From: Octopus sinensis | Lineage: Eukaryota | DNA length: 11,021 bases | Direction: 5' to 3' | NCBI RefSeq assembly: GCF_006345805.1 | Contig: NW_021827177.1 | Location: 1 to 11,021 of the forward strand | Part shown: in pieces, positions 1 to 6,480 of the stretch | Numbering within the stretch: position 1 is the first letter of the stretch | Layout: every line of letters starts with the position of its first letter | Translations under genes and position numbers: made by a program | Notes under the pieces: model-generated | Told to the model about the DNA's origin: nothing | The model's database searches: none | Seen by the model: the letters and a program-made list of their open reading frames with translations, nothing else

Positions 1-14
1 ATATATATATAATA

Positions 15-418
15 TCTTTTCTCTTTTTTTACTTGTTTCAGTCATTTGACTGCGGCCATGCTGGAGCACCGCCTTTAGTCGAGCAAATCGACCTGGGGAC
101 TTATTCTTTGTAAGCCCAGTACTTTTCCTAATGGTTTCTCTTTTGCCGAACCGCTAAATTACGGGGACGTAAACACACCAGCATCGGTTGTCAAGCAATG
201 CTAGGGGGACAAACACAGACACACACACATACATACATATATACATACATATATACGACACGCTTCTTTCAGTTTCCGTCCACCAAATCCACTCTCAAGG
301 CATTGGTCGGCCCGAGGCTATAGCAGAAGACACTTGCCCAAGGTGCCACGCAGTGGGACTGAACCCGGAACCATGTGGTTGGTTAGCAAGCTACTTACCA
401 CACAGCCACTCCTGCGCC
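15..418 (-). mobile_element. Full-length tRNA-head SINE, family A, with internal CA/TA microsatellite
   Basis: The minus strand reads GGCGCAGGAGTGGCTGTGTGGTAAG (A-box-like) ... GGTTCCGGGTTCAGTCCC (B-box-like), then CCTTGGGCAAG. It ends in ...CAGTCAAATGACTGAAACAAGTAAAA. Homologous pieces occur at 981-1358, 1445-1686, 4041-4198 and 4211-4352. Both flanks are (TA)n. Confidence 0.85.
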
Positions 419-496
<78 letters not shown>

Positions 497-542
497 ATAT
501 ATATATAATAATATATATAGATATACATATTATATGTATATA
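419..542. repeat. (TA)n microsatellite
   Basis: Direct reading of the sequence. Confidence 0.95.
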
Positions 543-559
543 TCTACGTCTGTTTCTTA

Positions 560-850
560 GACCAGGTGTTGCGTTGTCTTCTTAAGCAAAACACTTCATC
601 TCCCACTGCTCTGCAATCACCCCAACACCTGTATTGTGGTACATGCTACACACTGGTAAGGCAACGTCGTTAGGCAACGTCGTTAGGCAACGTCGTTAGG
701 CAACGTCGTTAGGCAACGTCGTTAGGCAACGTCGTTAGGCAACGTCGTTAGGCAACGTCGTTCTGATGAGGGAAAGGAGCCAATGTCCGGCACAAACAGT
801 TGGTCACCATGAAGACATAACTGAACACTTAAACACCGTCTTCGGCGGGA
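560..850 (+). mobile_element. 5'-truncated SINE body, family D, with an internal minisatellite expansion
   Basis: TTGTCTTCTTAAGCAAAACACTTCAT resembles the post-B-box CCTTGRGCAAG..CACTT motif of CORE/V-type SINEs. It continues the head seen at 3018-3105 (GGACCGGG..GCTGTGTT). The body was recognised from memory and the boundaries are approximate. Confidence 0.55.
659..762 (+). repeat. Perfect 13-bp minisatellite (AGGCAACGTCGTT)x8
   Basis: Eight identical contiguous units counted directly, with no spacers. Confidence 0.97.
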
Positions 851-888
851 GGGTCCATCATATATATGTAATAGACGTATATTTCTAA

Positions 889-968
889 TTTACTTGTTTC
901 AGTAGACTGCGGCAATGCTGGGGCAGCGCCTTGAAGACGTTTTAGTCGTACGAGTGTATCACCAGTAC
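889..968 (-). mobile_element. 3'-tail fragment of a family A-related SINE
   Basis: TTTACTTGTTTCAGTAGACTGCGGCAATGCTGGGGCAGCGCC aligns with 28-72 (TTTACTTGTTTCAGTCATTTGACTGCGGCCATGCTGGAGCACCGCC). Confidence 0.75.
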
Positions 969-980
969 TTTTTTTTTTAA

Positions 981-1071
981 TCCTTGGGCAAGTGTCTTCT
1001 ACTATAACCTCGGGCCGACCAAATCCTTGTCAGTGGATTTGGTAGACGGAAACTGAAAGAAGCCCGCCGTA

Positions 1072-1126
<55 letters not shown>

Positions 1127-1358
1127 ATGTGTCTGTTGTCTGTGTTTTTCCGCCCTCCCCAGTCGCTTGACAACCGATGTTGGTGTGTTTACGTCCCCGT
1201 AGCCAAGCAAAAGAGACCTACAGAGTATGTACTAGGCTTACAAAAAAAAAAAAAAAAAAACAAAGTCTTGGGAACGATTTATTCGACTAAAAGTCCCTCG
1301 AGGCAGTGCTCCAGCACGGCCGCAGTCAAATGATTGAAACAAGTAAAAGAATAAAATA
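981..1358 (+). mobile_element. 5'-truncated family A SINE with expanded internal (TA)n(TG)n and a poly-A run
   Basis: This is the reverse complement of the copy at 15-418 from CCTTGGGCAAGTGTCTTC onward. It has a microsatellite at ~1071-1128, an A-run at 1241-1260 and the tail GAAACAAGTAAAAGAATAAAA. Confidence 0.85.
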
Positions 1359-1444
1359 ATACACACACACACACACATACACATTGTATACAAACAGATT
1401 CACATTTATCCATGCATAGATACACATATACGTATATATTTGTA

Positions 1445-1686
1445 TGCATGTGTGTGTGGGGGGTGTTTTTGTCCCACCCACCCACAATATCGCTTGACTA
1501 CCGATGCTGGTGTGTTTAGGTCCCCGTAACTTAGTGGTTCGGCAAAAGGAACCAATGGATTAAGACCAGGCTTACAAAGAATAAGTCCTGGGGTCGATTT
1601 GTTTGACTAAAAGCGGTGCTCCAGCATGGCCGCAGTCAAATGACTGAAACAAGTAAAAGAATAAAAGAATAAAAGAATAAAAGAAT
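1445..1686 (+). mobile_element. 3' half of a family A SINE with an (AAAGAAT)n tail
   Basis: CGCTTGACTACCGATGCTGGTGTGTTTAGGTCCCCGTAACTTAG...GCGGTGCTCCAGCATGGCCGCAGTCAAATGACTGAAACAAGT is followed by four AAAAGAAT-type repeats. Confidence 0.85.
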
Positions 1687-1993
1687 ATATATAGCCATAA
1701 ATGATGAACGTACTCTGCAGACAAACTGGGACTTATCCTGTAACAAGGTTTGGATACTGCATTTAACGCCTACTTACTAAACCTTAATTCCTTAAATTTA
1801 AATTCGATTTATATATATATGTATTTACCTTTTCTGTGAAGCTAACAAGCTTTTTTAAAACCTTTTATAAAACTGTGCATCATTATAGAACTTTTGAAGT
1901 CTGCTTACAATCTAACTTTGCTTTTCATAGAACTCTCTTCGATACTTCATGAGTGTAGACTCACCCCCTAAGATGTTTGGAAAACTCATATGT

Positions 1994-2087
1994 GTTTTGG
2001 CTGATGAGTACGGGACACTTGTATTTGCTGCAATATTTGCAGCTTTTAATAAAGCTGTTCTTCGTATGAAATAATTGTACTGAAAAC
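1994..2087 (+). ncRNA. Type I hammerhead ribozyme-like motif (degenerate) with long stem II
   Basis: Core CTGATGA at 2001-2007. Stem II is GTACGG(GACA) 2008-2017 pairing with (TGTTC)TTCGTAT 2056-2067. GAAA at 2068-2071. Minimal stem III AT-AATT-GT has a palindromic loop. The cleavage triplet GTA is at 2077-2079. Stem I is GTTTTGG 1994-2000 with CTGAAAAC 2080-2087 (imperfect). Confidence 0.7.
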
Positions 2088-2115
2088 TAATCCATTCCTG
2101 TTCCTTTTTTCTTGT

Positions 2116-2135
2116 ATATATATATTATATATAAT

Positions 2136-2167
<32 letters not shown>

Positions 2168-2183
2168 ATATAATTATATATAA
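2116..2183. repeat. (TA)n microsatellite
   Basis: Direct reading of the sequence. Confidence 0.95.
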
Positions 2184-2290
2184 AATTAAAATCAAAATAA
2201 GGGTGAAAAAATTGGATATTAATTTAATAACATCAATTTAACACCAAGTGATTTTAGCGCATAAAAAACCGAGATTTAGTAAATATTAAT

Positions 2291-2416
2291 ACACAAATAT
2301 GAGAGAGAATAGTTGTGCTAATTTTTCTTGAGAACCATTCTTAGTGGTTGAGACCATTGCGGATCTATTTTTAGCGTTAGAGCGTCCACATAGTGGATTT
2401 TCTCTCATATTTGTGT
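2291..2416. repeat. 20-bp inverted repeat enclosing an 86-nt spacer (MITE- or hairpin-like)
   Basis: ACACAAATATGAGAGAGAAT (2291-2310) matches the reverse complement of 2397-2416 (ACACAAATATGAGAGAAAAT) at 19/20 positions. Confidence 0.75.
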
Positions 2417-2429
2417 GTGTGTTGTTATT

Positions 2430-2447
2430 ATATAAATATATATAATC

Positions 2448-2508
<61 letters not shown>

Positions 2509-2536
2509 GATAGATATATAGATATATATATATATA
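2430..2536. repeat. Compound (TA)n(GA)n microsatellite
   Basis: Direct reading of the sequence. Confidence 0.95.
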
Positions 2537-2809
2537 AAAGTAGATAAATGGTACAACAAGGCACCAATATTTACTGGAAAATAGCAATCGTAATAAATAC
2601 GACGCTATTGTATAGCTTCACTGCGTATATAATAGCAAAGACGTGTGTGTGCAACATGAAAATAATTTGTCTTACCTCTCGATTTGAGGAAGTATAAAAA
2701 TAAATTATTAGTGCAAGGGAGATAACTGTACATTTCTTCACATGATTTTCTCACCGTAACTATCTCTCTTGCTTTTACACTCAGCATTTGTTTTCCGACC
2801 GTCTGTCAG

Positions 2810-2842
<33 letters not shown>

Positions 2843-2913
2843 CTCTCCCTCCTCCCTCTCCCTATCTCTCCCTTTTCTCCCTCTCTCTCCCCCTCTCCCC
2901 CTCTCTCTCTCTT
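2810..2913. repeat. (CT)n / polypyrimidine tract
   Basis: Direct reading of the sequence. Confidence 0.95.
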
Positions 2914-3017
2914 GCAAACAGGTTCCTCATTGAGTTCAAAAACCCAGTAACCTTCGTGGGAGGCACGGCCGGATGGAGAAGATTAAAATTTTATATTATC
3001 GAATCTTTAAGTAGATT

Positions 3018-3147
3018 GAGAGGCGCGTGGGTCTTGTGGTTAACGGGTGATAATGTCATGATCCCAACATCGTAGGTTCGATTCCAGGACCGGGTCATGT
3101 GCTGTGTTTGTGGTGGTGGTTGTGGTGACTGAAACAAGTAAAAAAAT
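3018..3147 (+). mobile_element. Short chimeric SINE: tRNA head, (GTG)n, then family A tail
   Basis: GAGGCGCGTGGGTCTTGTGGTTA (A-box-like) and GGTTCGATTCC (B-box, 3075-3085) are followed by (GTG)n and GACTGAAACAAGTAAAAAAA. That end matches the family A terminus. Confidence 0.65.
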
Positions 3148-3180
3148 ACAGAATAAGGATATAATAGGGATTTTTTAAAA

Positions 3181-3265
3181 CAGTGGATGACTATGGGGGT
3201 GGGGGCCAGTGGAGTCAAATAGAAATCAGAAGGATCTGTGAGGGTAAAATGGTTGAGAAATACTG
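3181..3265. mobile_element. hAT (Charlie-type) MITE remnant
   Basis: The right end GGTTGAGAAATACTG is the reverse complement of a CAGTRTTTCTCAACC-type TIR, and the left end starts CAGTGG. The 8-bp flanks TTTTAAAA and CTCTAAAA (6/8 identical) fit the hAT NTCTAGAN-like target. Confidence 0.55.
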
Positions 3266-3289
3266 CTCTAAAAAGAAAAGAAAAAGAAA

Positions 3290-3365
3290 ATTTTGGATCC
3301 CACACCCCACCACAATTTTCCCAGGCCCCATCAGTGGGGCATATGCCCCACGACGGGAATCGCTG
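3290..3365. mobile_element. hAT-type right-end fragment
   Basis: GCCCCACGACGGGAATCGCTG is followed by ATCTATAG, a hAT-like target. A subterminal GCCCCA/TGGGGC palindrome lies at 3325-3350. The left boundary is uncertain. Confidence 0.4.
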
Positions 3366-3595
3366 ATCTATAGTAAAGGGCCACAGAAATTATTTTTCCC
3401 GACGCTTTAACGAATCTCCCAAGATCGACCACGACAAGCGAAAATTCTCCGGCACAATTTAAAGGGAGGTAATTCTGTATTTCTTGGTATTACCAATTTG
3501 TCTATCTTTTCGTTACCTCAAAGAAACACCGAAAAACCTCTTCGACGTCATGGCAATTTAAAACATGAAGTCATCATAAACTAAGAAATGATATA

Positions 3596-3935
3596 CAGTA
3601 ACAACCTCACTTTACGAGGACTCGCTTCACGAGACCCCAGATTTACGAGTTTTATTTTTCAGCTCACTTTTGTATGATGAGATGAAATTTTTCAAGCACA
3701 AGATCCAAATTTTGAACAAAGTGCAAAAGTTTTCACTGCCATAACAGATGCTTCTGCGCGTAACCGAGAAATTTAGAGAGAGTGAAGAAAAGCCGCTTCT
3801 AAGCAAACAACTCTAGACTTGATTTTTAAAAAGATATCTATGAATGCGTCTACGAGTGCTTGTGAATCGGCGATCGCGTCTACAAGTGATGGTGTGCGTG
3901 AGTCAAGTACGAGTGAAAGTGATTCAGAAAACGAT
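3596..3935 (+). mobile_element. Internally deleted Tigger/pogo element: 5' TIR plus transposase C-terminal remnant
   Basis: TA followed by CAGTAACAACCTCACTTTACGAG is a Tigger-like TIR with repeated TTACGAG motifs. 3696-3833 translates as AQDPNFEQSAKVFTAITDASARNREI*RE*RKAASKQTTLDLIFKK. This matches the DPNxERSxKV...YREIYxEKK...QTxLDxFFKK tail of Tigger transposases and is followed by a Ser/Thr/Asp-rich end. Confidence 0.7.
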
Positions 3936-3951
3936 AATAATAATAATAATA

Positions 3952-4035
3952 TTGGGTTGTCCGGAAAGTTCGTACCGATTTTTAAAGGAAAGAAAAAGGT
4001 CAATAAATAATTGCCATTACATTTTTAATCAACAT
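3952..4035 (+). mobile_element. mariner-type TIR fragment
   Basis: TA (3950-3951, end of a (TAA)n run) is followed by TTGGGTTGTCCGGAAAGTTCGTACCGATTTTT, resembling mariner TIRs of the TTGGGTTGG..AAAAGTTCG type. Confidence 0.55.
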
Positions 4036-4040
4036 TTAAT

Positions 4041-4198
4041 CGGGCTTATTTCAGTTTCGGTCTACCAAATCCACTCACAAGGCTTTGGTCAGCCCAAGGC
4101 TATAGTAGAAGACACTTGCTCAAGGTGCCACGCAGTGGGACTGAACCCGGAACCATGTGGTTGGGAAGCAAGATTCTTACTACACAGCCACACCTGCG
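4041..4198 (-). mobile_element. 5' half of a family A SINE
   Basis: Aligns closely to 260-416. Confidence 0.85.
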
Positions 4199-4210
4199 GT
4201 TATATATAAT

Positions 4211-4352
4211 GGTCTTCCTTCAGTTTCCCTCTACCAGATCCACTCAAAAAGCTTTGGTCAGCTCTGGGCTATAATAGAAGACATTTGCACAAAGTGCTAC
4301 ACAGTGGGACTGAACCCAGAACCATGTGGTTGGCAAGCAAGCTACCTACCAT
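4211..4352 (-). mobile_element. 5' half of a family A SINE (more diverged)
   Basis: Aligns to 260-400 with more substitutions and lies in tandem with the previous copy. Confidence 0.8.
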
Positions 4353-4517
4353 ACATATATAAATAAAAATTTGCAGTTTGCGGCTATTTGATCCTTGTTC
4401 CTCTACCCGTGCTAAGTAAATTACAAAACTTGACATATTTAATACACCACAGTAGCTTTTCACGGATCCAAAGTTGGATAGTATTTACAGCAGAACACTA
4501 TACTATACTAGTGGTGT

Positions 4518-4795
4518 GGAGGCACGGTGGCCCAGTGGGTAGGGCAGCGGAATCGCGGTCGTAAGGTCGCGGATTCGATTCCTAGACCGGGCGTTGTAAG
4601 TGTTTATTGAGCGAAAACACCTAAAGCTGCACGAGGTTCTGGCAGGGGGTGGTGGCGAACCCTGCTGTACTCTTTCGCCACAACTTTCTCTCACTCTCCC
4701 CTGTTTCTGTTGTACCTGTACTTCAAAGGGGCCAGCCTTGTCACACTCGTTGTCACGCTGAATCTCCCCGAGAACTGCGTTAAAGGTACACGTGT
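4518..4795 (+). mobile_element. tRNA-head SINE, family C, 5' part (interrupted)
   Basis: A-box TGGCCCAGTGG at 4528-4538 and B-box-like GATTCGATTCC at 4572-4582. The body is interrupted at ...GGTACACGTGT. Confidence 0.7.
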
Positions 4796-5031
4796 TAAGG
4801 CGGCGAGTTGGCAGAAACGCTGGCGCGCCAGGCGAAGTTCTTAGCGGTATTTCGTCTGCCGTTACTTTCTGAGTTCAAATTCCGCCGAGGTCGACTTTGC
4901 TTTTCATCCTTTCGGGGTCGATAAATTAAGTACCAGTTATGCACTGGGGTCGATATAATCGACTTAATCCGATTGTCTGTCCTTGTTTGCCCTCTCTGTA
5001 TTTAACCCCTTGTGGGTAGTAAAGAAATAGA
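4796..5031 (+). mobile_element. tRNA-head SINE, family B, with Deu/Nin-like central domain, nested in family C
   Basis: A-box TGGCAGAAACG and B-box GAGTTCAAATTCC (4871-4883). GGTCGACTTTGCTTTTCATCCTTTCGGGGTCGATAAATTAAGTACCAG resembles the Deu/Nin domain as I recall it. Homologues occur at 10294-10410 and 10647-10860. A degenerate TSD reads TACACGTGT / TATACGTGA. Confidence 0.8.
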
Positions 5032-5040
5032 TATACGTGA

Positions 5041-5140
5041 CTGTGGAGTGCTCAGTCATTTGCACGTTAATTTCACGAGCCGGTTCTTCCGTTGATCGGA
5101 TCAACTGGAACCCTCATCGTACAACGATGGCAGGGGTGAA
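5041..5140 (+). mobile_element. Family C SINE, 3' continuation
   Basis: CTGTGGAGTGCTCAG... resumes after the TSD-like copy. Continuity is inferred from the TSD and from my recollection of the family consensus. Confidence 0.55.
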
Positions 5141-5320
5141 TGTCACGTGTGCTGTTGCCCTTTCCCAGAACGTTTACAATGTCGTCAAAGTGATACAGAA
5201 GCTGTCTGAGGGTATAAAAGGGAAGGAAATCGGACATGCTGGATGGGATCTAGAAATGATATCCATCAAGTAAAATTCTTGGGTTTACATCTCACCACCC
5301 TCTCATATGTTATGAGCGGT

Positions 5321-5370
5321 TAGCGTTTCTCAATTAGGGTTTCCCTGAAACCTGGGGTTCCGCAAGAAAG
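5321..5370. mobile_element. hAT (Charlie-type) left-end fragment
   Basis: TAGCGTTTCTCAATTAGGGTTTCCCTGAAACCTGGGGTTCCGC matches a CAGCGTTTCTCAA TIR plus the GGGGTTCCGC subterminal pattern. Confidence 0.45.
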
Positions 5371-5627
5371 AATGAGATACGCTAATGCTAATTTCATGAT
5401 CGTAATATTAGCATACATGCACAACATATTTTGGTTATTGTAATATAGACATCATCCTATCTAACCTATTATGTTATCAAAACATATATATAACAACCGT
5501 ATATATATATTTATATATGTATATATATAACGGGAAGCTTTATGAAAATAGACAAAAGACGAAGGCAGGTGGGAAACAAACAAACAATTGTATTAGTATG
5601 GCGCTCAGGAAATATAAATAAAACAAG

Positions 5628-5666
5628 TCTTTAACATTTCGAGCCTACGCTCTTTCAACAGAAAGA
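5628..5666 (-). ncRNA. Minimal type I hammerhead ribozyme in the PLE 3' terminus
   Basis: The minus strand reads TCTTT-CTGTTGA-AA-GAGC-GTAG-GCTC-GAAA-TGTT-AAAGA. Stem I (TCTTT/AAAGA) and stem II (GAGC/GCTC, tetraloop) are perfect. Stem III is loopless (A[C>T]GT) and the predicted cut GUU lies between 5633 and 5632. The core deviates at position 6 (U instead of A). Confidence 0.75.
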
Positions 5667-5836
5667 TACACAGAGAGAAAAAAAACACAGAAAGAAGGAG
5701 AGAAAAAAAATGCGTGCAGTAACTAACGAATCAACATGGCGATCTGATTTCGGCCAGAGGTCAAAGATCAAACATGAGACGCGAGAGCGAAATAAGGGGA
5801 GATAATAGGGTTGATAATAGGGTTGAATGACCAGCT

Positions 5837-6186
5837 ATTAGTGCGTAGGAGAGGTCTGGGCGTGTGTATGCATAGGGTTGGTGTATGTATTAGTATGTAT
5901 TAGTATGTATAAGGGTGTGTGTGTGTGTGCGTGTGTGTATGAGAGAGTATTAGTGCGTATGATAGGTCTGGACGTGCGTATGTATGGGGTTGGTGTATGT
6001 ATTAGTATATATTACTACGTCTTAGTATGTATAAGTGTGTGTGTGTGTGTGCGTGTGTGTATGAGAGAGTATAAGTGCGTATGAGAGGTCTGGACGTGTG
6101 TATGTATAGGGTTGGTGTATGTATTAGTATGTATTAGTATGTATTAGTACGTATTATATGTATTAGTTGGTGTATGTATTAGTATG
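5837..6186. repeat. Three diverged tandem units (112 bp, 122 bp, ~116 bp) in the PLE 3' UTR
   Basis: Units start at 5837, 5949 and 6071 with ATWAGTGCGTA..GAKAGGTCTGGRCGTG and contain GTATTAGTAT and (GT)n sub-repeats. Confidence 0.85.
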
Positions 6187-6229
6187 GCACATCATATATG
6201 ATGTGATGTGTAAGTCGTGTGGTGTATGT

Positions 6230-6480
6230 GGAGAGAGGAAAGAGGGGAGGGGGGGAGGGGAGGAGAGGGGAAGAGAGAGGAAGGGGAAGGAAGGGGATGA
6301 GGGGGATGAGGAGGAAAGGAGAGGAGAGGGGGAGAAAGGGGAGTGAGGGAGCAAGAGGGAAGGGGAAGAGGGAGGAGGGAGGACAAAGAGGGAGAGAGGG
6401 AAGGGGAGATAGGGGTGAAGGATAAGGACTGAAGAAGTAGGGGTCGGGGGGGAAGGATAGGTGAGGAGGGGGAGAGGGGG
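6230..6480. repeat. Polypurine(+)/polypyrimidine(-) G-run tract
   Basis: Almost exclusively G/A on the + strand, with many GGG(G) runs. Confidence 0.9.

Noticed and set aside
659-762. CRISPR-like array
   Set aside because: The units are contiguous with no spacers, there are no cas genes, and the context is eukaryotic.
763-800. Hammerhead core CTGATGAG right after the 13-bp array
   Set aside because: There is no stem II closing onto a GAAA and no stem I partner. It is best read as SINE body sequence.
188-1485. Short ORFs 188-457, 977-1210, 1103-1333 and 1279-1485
   Set aside because: These are translations of SINEs and (CA/TA/TG)n microsatellites. The same peptides recur in other SINE copies (3844-4209, 4157-4366).
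1951-1962. GAGT-GTAG-ACTC hairpin resembling stem II of the 5628-5666 hammerhead
   Set aside because: It has no CTGANGA before it and no GAAA after it, so it is probably coincidental.
2580-2609. Hairpin AATAGC..TCGTA-ATAAA-TACGA..GCTATT overlapping AATAAA
   Set aside because: It is short, AT-rich and has no associated transcript evidence, so it is within chance expectation.
4518-4590. tRNA genes here and at other A/B-box sites
   Set aside because: There is no complete cloverleaf and each runs into a SINE body, so they are SINE heads.
5037-5273. 78-aa ORF
   Set aside because: It starts inside SINE sequence and has no recognisable domain.
5801-5824. Telomere-like TAGGGTT repeats
   Set aside because: This is only a 12-bp duplication (GATAATAGGGTT x2), not a TTAGGG array.
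6429-6435. Hammerhead core CTGAAGA on the + strand
   Set aside because: It lies in a G-rich tract with no pairable stem II or correctly placed GAAA.
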